Origin: a virus
Reading direction: 5' to 3' (one strand)
Length of the DNA: 64,000 nt
Virus record (IMG/VR): IMGVR_UViG_2874814951_000001
The notes below the pieces were generated by a model. It worked only from the letters and a program-made list of their open reading frames with translations. It made no database searches and was not told the DNA's origin. Below, in pieces: positions 1-9,451 of the stretch; the first letter of the stretch is position 1, and each line of letters starts with the position of its first letter. The position numbers were made by a program, and so were the translations under genes.

Positions 1-36
1 CTATGCGGTCTTTTTCATCGTCTGTGAGTCGTGCTG

Positions 37-375
37 TCACTTAACCCACCTAAAGCGCTGTGACCATTTGGAAAGTTTGGCGTCGGCGCTGTCTCGGATT
101 GCTAGAGCTGGGTTGGCTAGGGTGTTGCCTTCCATGTCTGCGATGAGTAGCCCTGTTGCTTTTACTTCCCCTGTTGCTGCTTGGAATTCGCTGATTGCTT
201 CGCAGTATGCGGCGAATTCGTCAACGTCGGCGGGTGTTGGTTTGGCGTGTGGTGCGAGTCGCTGCCACGCTTCCTTGGCGCCGTCTGTGAGCCATGATGG
301 GGGTTGTGGGGGTTGGTAATCATCGCCGATGGGTTGTGTGGCCGTGTATGGGACGAAACGCGGCATTTGCGGCAT
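37..375 (-). CDS. P27-family terminase small subunit-like protein, short C-terminus
   Basis: PPxWLxxxAKxxWxRL...YCEA...G...NPAL pattern typical of P27 TerS; lies upstream of the terminase genes. Confidence 0.7.
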   Translation of the reverse strand: MPQMPRFVPYTATQPIGDDYQPPQPPSWLTDGAKEAWQRLAPHAKPTPADVDEFAAYCEAISEFQAATGEVKATGLLIADMEGNTLANPALAIRDSADAKLSKWSQRFRWVK

Positions 376-414
376 TGGTTGCCCCCTCTCCCCCTTGGTG
401 GTGGGTCTAGTGCG

Positions 415-654
415 CTATTTGCGGTTGCGTGGCCGTTGTCCTGGCCAGATTTTAAAGACGCGGTGGAAGTACTTAGCGGCTAGGCCGTTAACGAAACGTT
501 CGGGTACTCCCTCGCTGCGTAGCGCGGTTGTTAGTGCTGTGTATGGGTGCGGGCTGAGCGCCCATCGTGCTAGCCCTTCTCCGCGTGTCCAGTACTTGAT
601 TAGGCCTTTTGTGATTGGCCATCCCATGTTTCCGGTTGGACGTTTTGCGGGCAT
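415..654 (-). CDS. Small basic phage protein (YWTRGEG...WPG motif)
   Basis: Clean 79-aa ORF with an upstream GGAG RBS. The motif is recalled from actinophage head-associated proteins. Confidence 0.7.
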   Translation of the reverse strand: MPAKRPTGNMGWPITKGLIKYWTRGEGLARWALSPHPYTALTTALRSEGVPERFVNGLAAKYFHRVFKIWPGQRPRNRK

Positions 655-663
655 GGCGGGGTT

Positions 664-876
664 TTACTCTCCCTCTGGTTTGTTCTGTGCTGCTGCGGCG
701 CGCTGTGCTCTGATTTCGGTGACCTGCTGTTTGCGATCGTTGAAGCCCATGCGCCACGGGGCGGATAGTCCAGATTCGGGGGCGTGGGGGTTATCCCGCC
801 ATGATTTGCCCTCGTTGTAGGCCTGTGCGCCCTCTCGGTAGGCGGCGGACTGTTCGGTGAAAGTTGGTGCGGACAT
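664..876 (-). CDS. RMF/CrpP-fold-like small protein
   Basis: AYREGAQAYNEGKSWRDNPH...WRMGF parallels E. coli RMF AHQRGYQAGIAGRSKEMCPY...WLGGW; GGAG RBS. Confidence 0.6.
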   Translation of the reverse strand: MSAPTFTEQSAAYREGAQAYNEGKSWRDNPHAPESGLSAPWRMGFNDRKQQVTEIRAQRAAAAQNKPEGE

Positions 877-1008
877 GCTTTGTTCTCCCCGTGTGTTGTG
901 TTGGGTGTCTGGTTAGAGATTATAAACGCGGTAGCTACTACTACCGCGTTGTGTGTGTTTGTGGTGGGGGTGGCGTAGTAGCGCCATCTTTTCCCCTCAC
1001 CTGTCTAG

Positions 1009-4000
1009 CTACGGCGTCGGAAAGTCTGCCGTCGAGTAGATGCCTTCATATTCGGGATCAAACCTTAGCGTGTAGGTTTCGCCGGTGTTTCCGAATAGGT
1101 CGGCTGTCATGGTTAGTTTTTCCCCGGTGTCTACCTCTGTTCCCGTGACAATGAACTTGTTGCCCTGGTTTTTCACTAGGTCAATGCTGTAGTTCTTGCC
1201 GTCTTTTTGAACAAGGATAGCGGCGGGCACCATACCGGGGCGCCATCCTCCCGGCTCGTCGGCCCACGGTTCTTCTGTGCCTGGGCTGATTGTTTCCGGC
1301 GTTCCCCAGAAACCGGCTTTATTGACGTAAATGCCGGGGTTGTTGGGGTCTAGCTGCTGTGGTGTTGGCTGGTATTCCAGTGCTTCTTTGTCCTGTTTGG
1401 TTTGCTCCTTTCCTGTGCGTCGTGACCATGCGCCACGCTCTCCGGTGTCGATGATGTTTTTGGCCGGCTGCTTACCGGCTTTACCTTTTGGGGTATCACC
1501 TTCTTTGGCGGGGTTGTTCTCCCTGGCTTCACGTCGTGCCTTGTAAAGCTCTGACGCTCCCCATGTGCCGAACTTGTACGCTTCTTCCAGTCGTTCATCG
1601 GATACGCCGACGTACTGATTGCGCGCAAACTTCGGATCAAGTTTCAGGTCTTCGGCGATGCGGTCGGCGATTACGCGGGCATCATCCAGATTTCGGGGTG
1701 ACCCGTCTGCTATCCCGGCGCTTGCTGAGACAAGTTTAATCTTTGTCCCGTCTGGGCCTTCGAACATGTAGGTGCCTAGCCCGCGTGTGGAACTCTTAAT
1801 TTTGATTCCGTTGCGGACAATGCCGTTACGGTCGAATTTCTCACCTTCGATTGCGTGGCGCTTAAGGATGCGCTGAGTAATCGACGGTGAAGTGCCTTCA
1901 TTGTTCGCGGCCTTAGCTGTGCTCTCCTTTTTGATTGCTTTCCGGGTTTCTTCATCTGCCGGGATATGCGCGGTAATCGTGTCGATGTTAACGCGGCGCT
2001 CCATCTCGGTGTTGCTCCACTTGTCGCGGTAGCGGATTGTTACGGTTTTCGGCGTAACTTTCAGGACTGTCCCCCGTTCCTTACCGATCTTAACGGTGTC
2101 GCCTACCTCGATCCCATCTGTGTTTTCCAGCGTTTCTGTTAGCGCGTTGGGGTCTACCTCCTGTAGTAGTGCGCGCAATGCGTCTATTTCGTCGATGGCG
2201 TCGAAGTAGTTTTCTAGCGCGATTTCACGGGCTTCGCCGGTTACCGGTGGGCGGCCGTCCTTGTTGGTTCCCATCAGGTCGCGCTCGGCTGCTCTCATGG
2301 CGGCCTTGCGTTCTTCGATTCGGTTGCGTAGGTACTCGGGCGATTTATCGCGGTTGAGCGCGTTTGCTCGTGCGATTCCTGCCCTGCGGTGTACTTCTTG
2401 CGCTTCCTTGTTTGCCTGCACTGAACGGCCTAGGGAGTCCCATGCCTTTTCAATGGCGCGGCGGTGGCGGGACTCGGAATGGTGGCCAACCTTGATAGGT
2501 TCCCCGTCTGGTGGGAGCTGGCGGGAAAGTTCCTCATGGCGTTGCCATGCTTGCTCGGCTTTAGCGTCCATCCGTTCGGCTTTTGCTTCCAGCGCGTCGG
2601 CTCGGTCGCTTAGGCGCTGTGCTTTTCCGGCGCGGCGGGTGAGCGCGTCTTCCAGCTCGTTTGTGATGTCGTGGCCGATACTATTGTGGCCTTCGGCCAT
2701 GAGATCGCGGCTTGTGGCGTTGATTTTCCGCATGTTGGGGCGGCTATCCCTACTGTTGGGGATATACCAGGCCCGCAGGTTGCGGCTCCATTTCCAGCCG
2801 TTCTTTTTGAGGATTGCGGCGGTTCCGTCTCCCCGGCTTGTGCCGTGGATCATGGTGCCTTCGCCCGGTTCGTGTGTAATTACAAGATCCTCGTCATGTG
2901 GGCTAGTTGTGTTCACGCCCGGCCAGTGCTTTAGCTCGCGTGGTTTATCGGGGCGGGAGATGATGCTTTCGCCGTCCACTTTCGCGGCCCATTCCATGCG
3001 CTGACGGTTTGCGAGTTGTTCGCGGGCTGCTTGCGCGTCGTTGACTAGCCGCATGCGGGCAAACGGGTATTCCTTTCGTTCCTCTGGGTGGGTTTTTAGG
3101 TACTCAGATAGTGCGATGAGGCTTTCTAGGCTCTTTGCTTCCCTTTCGTGTGCGGTTTTTAGCAGGCGCTTTAGTTCTTCTGGGTTGTCCTGCGTTTTCT
3201 TGTAGTTGGTTTGCGACCGAAGGATCCGCGCGGAGTCTCCGGCGTCAACTGCGATAAATCGCAGTTTCTTCGCGTCCTCTGTGTTGGATGGCGGGGTAAC
3301 TGGGTTTACGGTTACCGGCGCTTCTGGTTGTTCTTTCGGCGCGCTTTCGGGGGCTGGGGTGGCCGGTAGGCTGTTGTCCCCCTCGGGTAGCGGTGTGCCT
3401 TCGCTGACCTTGCGAACTGCTGGTTTCCCTGGCGTGACCTCGTTGCCGTCGCGGTCTACTAGGCCACGCCCCACGGCATCGGACAAAAGCGCCTGTAGAT
3501 GCTCTTTGAGGTCTTTATGTGTGTATCCGCCGATGTCCGCGACATAAGTACGTCGGTCATCGAGGTGAACTATGCCATCCTCATCAACCCACGCTTTAAG
3601 GCCACTGTCTTGTCGATATGGGGCCGCCCGCTTTGTCGAGTCATCGCGGATGATTTCGTCGATGTTGTTGATATATAGGCGCTTCTTGCCTTTATCTCGT
3701 CCCTTGGTTGGCGTGAACTCGTTTACTACAAGTTTAGCGCCGTCGGTAGATGTGGCGGGGGTTGTGGCTGGCTTGCTTTCTGCCTGCTTCTTGCCGGTTT
3801 TAGCCTTGGTGGTTGGGGTTGGTTTCTTTACCTCCTTTGTTTCTGGTTTGGCGTTGAGGGTTCGGATAGCTTCGGCGATTTCCGCCTTAGTTGGGCGGTG
3901 GTTAACAGATAGTTCCCTGGTGCCGGTGGGTAGCTTGCTTGCTTGTGCGTTCATCCCTAGTTCGGCTCGGGTTAGGCGTCGTTCTTCTTCCGCTGTGCGC

Positions 4001-7000
4001 TGAGCGTTGTCGCGCAAGTAGATCGGCATACCGTTGTTATCGCGGGTGCTGAGCTTGTTCTTAACCGCGTAGTCAATCAGCGCGTTTTCTTCCAGGGTTG
4101 TTAGCTCCCCGTTAGCGTCAACGTATTCGTTAACGCGCTTGGTGAAGTCTTCCTGTGTGGTTACCCCGCTGATGCCTAGCCGGTCTGCGACAAGCTTGTG
4201 CGCTTGCTTCTTAGTGTTGCCGGTTGCGTCCTGCCTGATTGCGGCTTTAAGTGCTGCGTCCAGCTTGGCGGTCTTGTTGCGTTCAGCCTGACTTACTGGC
4301 TTAACCGCCGGTTTAGCTGGGGTAGCCGGTTCCTTGCCGTCTGTCTTGTTGTAGGTGACTGGCTGGGCTTTGGCTTTCTTGTTTGCTTCGCTTTGGGTTC
4401 GTTCGGCTTGTTTGCGGTCAACGTCGGCGCGGACTTTAGCCAATGTTTTTTTCATTGGTTTTGTCATGCGGTGGCTGTCGAACTGTTCCATGATTCGGTA
4501 GCCGTCGGCGCTGGAAATGATGGTGAAGTCTCCGCGTTGGATGCTTCCGGTGTCGGTGATGGTTTCGCCGTCTTGTAGGTGCTGTTTAGTGAATGGTTCG
4601 CCCCGTTTATGTGCGGCTGGTTTGGTGTCCTGTTTTGGTTTCTCGGTCTTTGGTTTCGCCTGTTCTGGTTTCTTGGTGGTTTCGGTGTTGCCTGGCTTGT
4701 TTTTGGCTGGTGTTTTCTCCGTGCCTGTCTTAGCGCTGGTTGTGGTGGTGCGCTTAGTTTCTTTGTTGCCTGTGTCTTCCTTTTTGGCCTGTGGTTTGGC
4801 GGTGGTGTCCTTGGTGGTGTTGCGCTTAGCTGCCGTTGTGCGTGCCTTCTCGGTGTCCTTGTTGGGGGTCGCTGGTTTGTCGGCGCGTGCCTTACCAGCG
4901 GTTCCCTTAGCGTCGGTGGCCTTACCGTCTGCCTTATTGAGGGCTGCACGGCGGTCACGCTCGGCAATAGCCATTTCAGCGCGTCGCTTATCGTCACCAT
5001 CAATAGCGGCGCGAATATCAGTGTCGGACATGCCCACCATCGCGGTAATCGTGTCTGCGAGTTCGCGGGCTTCGTCGATGTCCTTAGCGGGGTGGCCTTT
5101 GCCGTTGGGGGCGCGTTTATCGCCCTGCCCGGTTGGGGTGTACGGCTTCACCGAATAGCCGCCGTTATCGCGCGGGTAAATGATCGCCGCGTCTCGGACG
5201 ATTTCGCCGTTTTCTTTAAGTTGTTCGCCCTCTTGTACCTCTGCGGCTCCCTGCTGTTTGCGGGCTTCGGCGTTGTCCTTGTGGCGCTGGTTTTCGGCGC
5301 GTGTGGCTTCTTCCAGGCGCTTTTTGAGGTTGGTTGCTTCTGGGGTTTCCGGCGTGTCTGGGGTTGCCTTGCGGGGTTTGTCCGTTGCGTCTGGGGTGTT
5401 GGTTGCCCCGGTGTTCTTTGCTTCGGCTTTTTCCTTCTCTAGCTTCTCTTTGACGGTCTGCGGGCGTGACTTCCGGCCGCCCATCGTGGCCATGTCCCGG
5501 CGCTCGTCTGGTGAGTAGCGGAACTGTTTTGGTCGCTCCCCCCTTACCATCTTCATGAAGTTGGTTTGGTTCGGCAGGAAACCAATGTTTTCTTCGATGG
5601 CGCGGGAAATTTCTTCTCCCAGCTGCACGGCCATCATGTCGTTAGTGATGGCTTCCTCGAAACTCAAGGTCACGGGCTTAAAGTTGCCGTTAGCGTCCTT
5701 GTAGAGTCCCCCGCCGTTCGGGTCGGTTTTATCGCCCATGTAAAGGCCATCGCGGATGTTGATTTTCCCGCCCTTGCCGTCATCGACGTTAAGAACGGTG
5801 TCTAGCCAGTTGTCATATTCTTCTTGCGCTGCCGGGTGGTTGCGGTAGCGTTCGTTTCCGCGTCGTGCTGCCTGTTCTTTGACGCGCTCCTTAAAGGCGT
5901 TGTCGATGGGGGTTTCCGGCGCCCACTTTTTGTAAAGGGCTGTGAGTTCTCGGATCCCGGCATACGGTAGTGCCTGGTCGATTTCGCCGCCCTCAATTTC
6001 GGGGTTGCGGTGCTGTAGTTCATCCCAAATGAAGTCGCTGTATTGGGTGTTTCCGGTGGCTGATGCGTCGGCTGCGAGTGTTTCGAGTTCGTCGCTGTCG
6101 ATTTCTGCTAGGCGGGCGCGTTCTTTCTCTGCTAGTAGTGCATCGTCGAACGGGTCGAAGTTGTCGGCTGTTGCGTCGCCGAATGCTGGGGGTTCGTCGT
6201 GGAATGGGTTTGGTTCGCCTGTGTCTGTGTTCTGGTTGCGGCGTGCGTGTGCTTCCGCGTCGAGCATGAAGGCGTGATGTAGTGCCCGGTCGAATTGGTA
6301 TTCGTCGTGAACGTCTGCGAACTGTGGGGGGTGTCCCCACTGTTTGAGGTTGTTGATGGCGGCTGTGAGTTCGGTTTCTACCTGGTCGGTGTCCATCGCC
6401 TGAATGTTGTTGATTTCGTCGGCGGTGGCGTTGATGGTGTCTTTGCCGTAGAGGGCTTCTAGGTTGGTGTCGTAGCCGTCTGGTTCGGGCTGTCCGTCTC
6501 GGTGGGTGCGTGGCTTGCCGGTGGTGGTGTTTACCGGCTCGTTTCGTAGGGTGCGGGCGTAGTTCGCCCGGTTGGGGATGTATCCCAGTTTGTCGATGAT
6601 GGCTTGCTGTTCGGGGGTTGGTTTCCCGCCGATGGCGTTGAGCTTCTTGAATGTTTCGGGGTCGAGTTTTTCGCCGGTGACGTTTTCTAGCCACGCTGCA
6701 TAGTCGGCATCGAATGTGTCGCCGTCGTAGGCGTAGCGTGCGTTACCGGTTTTGGCTGCAAGCTGTCGCAGTTCGGCGTTTGTGTATTGTGCGTCATCGC
6801 CCATGAACATTGCTTGCGTTGCGCGTAGTTCGGTGATGGATGCGTCTTTCAGCATGGATTGCAAGATGCCGCCGTCGCGCCACGGTTGGCGGTGTTCCAG
6901 TTCTTCGCTGGCTAGGTCGCGCTGCCACCCTGGAATGAATGGGTTGTTTTCGATGCGCTGCAAGTCCTGGTCATTAAGGGCGCTGAAATTCTCGGTTAGC

Positions 7001-7773
7001 GTCCATTCTGGGGTGTTGTCTGGGTCGAATGGGTCGAAACCGGTTTCGCGTAGGGTTGCCGCGTCGAGCGCGTAGGCGAAGTGTGTGAGTTCGTCGAGTT
7101 CGTTTTCATCTGCGGCGGTTGCGGTGCCGTAGTTGAGTTTGTTGACGATTTCTTTCATCTGGGCGGCGGTTGATTCGCGCAGTTCTGCGATTCCCTTTTC
7201 GTCGAGGTCTCGCAGTGAGTCGATTTCTTCTTTTGCGTTTTGTTCTTTGCGCATGGTTTCCGCGTCTACGGACTCCCAGTAGTCGCGGGGGCGCTGGTCG
7301 GCGCGTGCTGCGTGGATGTCATCGATGGATGCGGTGGCGCGGTTGTGGGCGCGTCGTGTTTTGGCGTCGGTTTTCGCGGCGCGAGCTGCCTTCTTTTTGT
7401 CACTGTGACTATTCAGGCGCTTACCGTCAGGCGATAGAATGCCCTGCTCAATGCCGGTTTTTCGCAGTTGCGCAAGGTTTTCCGCCGCCTGCTTATCGCC
7501 CGCCACGGCCTTAGTGCGCTCTGCCTTCCACTTCTTAGCGAACTGGGTAGGGGTAAGCTTTTCGGCCTTGCTTGCCGTGACCTTAGCGGCTTTCCGGGCG
7601 CGTCCCTTCGGCTCCGGTTTGTCTGCTACGTCCACCATTTCGTTAACGGTTTCGTAGCCCTCATATCCGGCTGTTGGGCCTAGTTTCGCCGCCATTATTC
7701 GGCCGCGTACTGTTGCCCCGATTTTGTTGCGAATGGAAACCTTACGGCGGGTTTTACGCATTCGTTTAGCCAT
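1009..7773 (-). CDS. Giant 2254-aa polyvalent-type protein with a DUF3560 domain
   Basis: Uninterrupted ORF with RBS GGGGAG. DUF3560 signature GEPIKVGHHSESRHRRAIEK, preceded by HGTSRGDGT...GWKWSRNLRAWY. Lys/Thr/Ala-rich linkers. Confidence 0.85.
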   Translation of the reverse strand: MAKRMRKTRRKVSIRNKIGATVRGRIMAAKLGPTAGYEGYETVNEMVDVADKPEPKGRARKAAKVTASKAEKLTPTQFAKKWKAERTKAVAGDKQAAENLAQLRKTGIEQGILSPDGKRLNSHSDKKKAARAAKTDAKTRRAHNRATASIDDIHAARADQRPRDYWESVDAETMRKEQNAKEEIDSLRDLDEKGIAELRESTAAQMKEIVNKLNYGTATAADENELDELTHFAYALDAATLRETGFDPFDPDNTPEWTLTENFSALNDQDLQRIENNPFIPGWQRDLASEELEHRQPWRDGGILQSMLKDASITELRATQAMFMGDDAQYTNAELRQLAAKTGNARYAYDGDTFDADYAAWLENVTGEKLDPETFKKLNAIGGKPTPEQQAIIDKLGYIPNRANYARTLRNEPVNTTTGKPRTHRDGQPEPDGYDTNLEALYGKDTINATADEINNIQAMDTDQVETELTAAINNLKQWGHPPQFADVHDEYQFDRALHHAFMLDAEAHARRNQNTDTGEPNPFHDEPPAFGDATADNFDPFDDALLAEKERARLAEIDSDELETLAADASATGNTQYSDFIWDELQHRNPEIEGGEIDQALPYAGIRELTALYKKWAPETPIDNAFKERVKEQAARRGNERYRNHPAAQEEYDNWLDTVLNVDDGKGGKINIRDGLYMGDKTDPNGGGLYKDANGNFKPVTLSFEEAITNDMMAVQLGEEISRAIEENIGFLPNQTNFMKMVRGERPKQFRYSPDERRDMATMGGRKSRPQTVKEKLEKEKAEAKNTGATNTPDATDKPRKATPDTPETPEATNLKKRLEEATRAENQRHKDNAEARKQQGAAEVQEGEQLKENGEIVRDAAIIYPRDNGGYSVKPYTPTGQGDKRAPNGKGHPAKDIDEARELADTITAMVGMSDTDIRAAIDGDDKRRAEMAIAERDRRAALNKADGKATDAKGTAGKARADKPATPNKDTEKARTTAAKRNTTKDTTAKPQAKKEDTGNKETKRTTTTSAKTGTEKTPAKNKPGNTETTKKPEQAKPKTEKPKQDTKPAAHKRGEPFTKQHLQDGETITDTGSIQRGDFTIISSADGYRIMEQFDSHRMTKPMKKTLAKVRADVDRKQAERTQSEANKKAKAQPVTYNKTDGKEPATPAKPAVKPVSQAERNKTAKLDAALKAAIRQDATGNTKKQAHKLVADRLGISGVTTQEDFTKRVNEYVDANGELTTLEENALIDYAVKNKLSTRDNNGMPIYLRDNAQRTAEEERRLTRAELGMNAQASKLPTGTRELSVNHRPTKAEIAEAIRTLNAKPETKEVKKPTPTTKAKTGKKQAESKPATTPATSTDGAKLVVNEFTPTKGRDKGKKRLYINNIDEIIRDDSTKRAAPYRQDSGLKAWVDEDGIVHLDDRRTYVADIGGYTHKDLKEHLQALLSDAVGRGLVDRDGNEVTPGKPAVRKVSEGTPLPEGDNSLPATPAPESAPKEQPEAPVTVNPVTPPSNTEDAKKLRFIAVDAGDSARILRSQTNYKKTQDNPEELKRLLKTAHEREAKSLESLIALSEYLKTHPEERKEYPFARMRLVNDAQAAREQLANRQRMEWAAKVDGESIISRPDKPRELKHWPGVNTTSPHDEDLVITHEPGEGTMIHGTSRGDGTAAILKKNGWKWSRNLRAWYIPNSRDSRPNMRKINATSRDLMAEGHNSIGHDITNELEDALTRRAGKAQRLSDRADALEAKAERMDAKAEQAWQRHEELSRQLPPDGEPIKVGHHSESRHRRAIEKAWDSLGRSVQANKEAQEVHRRAGIARANALNRDKSPEYLRNRIEERKAAMRAAERDLMGTNKDGRPPVTGEAREIALENYFDAIDEIDALRALLQEVDPNALTETLENTDGIEVGDTVKIGKERGTVLKVTPKTVTIRYRDKWSNTEMERRVNIDTITAHIPADEETRKAIKKESTAKAANNEGTSPSITQRILKRHAIEGEKFDRNGIVRNGIKIKSSTRGLGTYMFEGPDGTKIKLVSASAGIADGSPRNLDDARVIADRIAEDLKLDPKFARNQYVGVSDERLEEAYKFGTWGASELYKARREARENNPAKEGDTPKGKAGKQPAKNIIDTGERGAWSRRTGKEQTKQDKEALEYQPTPQQLDPNNPGIYVNKAGFWGTPETISPGTEEPWADEPGGWRPGMVPAAILVQKDGKNYSIDLVKNQGNKFIVTGTEVDTGEKLTMTADLFGNTGETYTLRFDPEYEGIYSTADFPTP

Positions 7774-7845
7774 GATTTATTTGTCTCCCCTGCATCGGAC
7801 TAAAAGACGTTCTCGTTCACGTGTGCCAGCTTCTTTTGGGCATGA

Positions 7846-7893
7846 CTAAACCCCCGTGGCTACGCGGGTGTATGGCGTAATCACGGGGGTTCA
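7846..7893 (-). terminator. Hairpin terminator/attenuator in the leader of the giant gene
   Basis: Minus-strand stem AACCCCCGTG...CACGGGGGTTT. Confidence 0.6.
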
Positions 7894-7996
7894 GCTGTGT
7901 TGTGTGGGACTAGACACATGCCCTTTCTTCCTCCCACAAAAAAAAGGGCACACGTAAGTCGCAACACATACGATACCTTATCCGTCTACCTAGACG

Positions 7997-8611
7997 CTAG
8001 ATAGTAGGCTCACTGTTAACCAGCGCGGCAAGATCGATGATTTCCCCCTTGCTCCACACGGTGCCGCACGCTCCACAGTCGGCGGACTCGGAACGGATCT
8101 GTAGCGCGTCATGGAAGTTGTAGCCCCCAATGCCGTTAGGTGTTTGGAAGTAGCGAGCGCCACACACAGGGCATGGGGCATCAACGGTGAAAAGTGCCGG
8201 GTCTAGTAGGCGCTGAGCTTCCAACCGTAGTGTGTCTAGCGCGCTCCCCCACTCGTATAAAACAGGGGTGTCCTGTGGCCGTGGCTGCTCGGCCGCAAGC
8301 CACCATAGGCGGTTAACTGTCGTATCCTCCGCCCCACTGAACCGTGTCCCCCACGGGGTTGGTTGGCTCCACCCCACAACCATTTTTGAAAGCTCACTAA
8401 GCCAGTCCATGCCCGCGATCCACGCCGGGGGCATCGGGCGCCGACGATTACCCCGGCCACTATGAGAACGGATCGCATCAAGCGACTCACGCACCTGGTC
8501 GATAATGCACGGCAACCGCCGCACTTCCCCCATCGTCTCATGGCACAACATCGCTACCGCGTCACGGAACGACTGTAGCGCCTGCTGTAGTTCTTCTTCC
8601 CTAACGTCCAC
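7997..8611 (-). CDS. Zn-ribbon protein, putative late-gene regulator
   Basis: CPVC...CGAC motifs; GTG start after GGAGG; last gene before the late promoter/leader. Confidence 0.55.
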   Translation of the reverse strand: MDVREEELQQALQSFRDAVAMLCHETMGEVRRLPCIIDQVRESLDAIRSHSGRGNRRRPMPPAWIAGMDWLSELSKMVVGWSQPTPWGTRFSGAEDTTVNRLWWLAAEQPRPQDTPVLYEWGSALDTLRLEAQRLLDPALFTVDAPCPVCGARYFQTPNGIGGYNFHDALQIRSESADCGACGTVWSKGEIIDLAALVNSEPTI

Positions 8612-9115
8612 TAGGCACCCTCCCGGCCATCCGCGCGCCACGAACCGCAATATCGTAAGCACTTCTCACGTGTCGCATTTTGCCAGTACCAACACGGGTT
8701 TGCCACCCACTCGTTCTTTTCTCCCCAGTGGAAACGAGACTCTCCGGGTACACCCCCAACGGTTTAGACCCGTTCTTTCCCGGCTCCACAATCACACAGT
8801 CAGGAAACGCGGCCATAACCCCACCCAACACCACAGCCGTCCCTAAAAGCGCTTCCGGGTTCGACGCTGCACCCCGCTTCGCCCCCTTAGCGACATGCCA
8901 CGAAGGACGATTAACCCCTCCACACACACAACCCCGCCATACTCCCCCACAAGCTCCGCTACAGCGTCCACAACGCCCCGAACATACCCCACAGGCGGCG
9001 GAAGCAACCCCCCGCCATTCTCAAGGACAAAACACCGCAACGGCACCCCCACCCCATCAACAACACACACACCCGTTTGCCTAGAACCAGGATCAACCCC
9101 AACAAAAATACTCAC
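8601..9115 (-). CDS. RuvC-like Holliday junction resolvase (frameshift at C4 8915-8918, probable sequencing error)
   Basis: N-terminal VGVDPGSRQTG and VCVEG, C-terminal RHVRSAYDIA. One extra G joins ORFs 8843..9127 and 8601..8927. Confidence 0.75.
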
Positions 9116-9270
9116 AAACCAACACACTACAGGCTAGCGCGCCATACACACCCCGACCTGCACAAATGCCCCCAACTTACGGGGTGTTTATACCGCGCGC
9201 GCGTGCGCACACGAACACCCACAAAACGGGTTAGTTTCCCTGTTCTGTGGGTGTTGGTTGTGGGGGGGGG

Positions 9271-9423
9271 TTAGTAGGGGGTGGGGTGTAGTTGGTTTGT
9301 GAGTTGTGTTTTTTGGGTGGGTGTGAGTGTTGTTGTGGCGGCGTATCCGGTGTTTTCGTCGAAGATGGTGAGTTCGGTTGTGCCGTCTGGGTCGTGGGTT
9401 ATGTGCCAGTTTTGTTGATTCAT
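9271..9423 (-). CDS. Small hypothetical protein (50 aa, MNQQNWHITHDPDG...)
   Basis: Translated by hand; ATG follows an A-rich RBS directly after the antirepressor gene. Confidence 0.5.
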   Translation of the reverse strand: MNQQNWHITHDPDGTTELTIFDENTGYAATTTLTPTQKTQLTNQLHPTPY

Positions 9424-9451
9424 GGTGTTGGGGTTTCTTTCTTTGGTGGGT

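Noticed and set aside
8905..8925. ruvC as a pseudogene or programmed frameshift
   Set aside because: One missing base in a G-run restores the full ORF, and the same pattern recurs genome-wide; likely sequencing error.
9194..9212. Alternating CG/TG tract as functional Z-DNA
   Set aside because: Short and single-copy, with no supporting evidence beyond lying near a skew switch.
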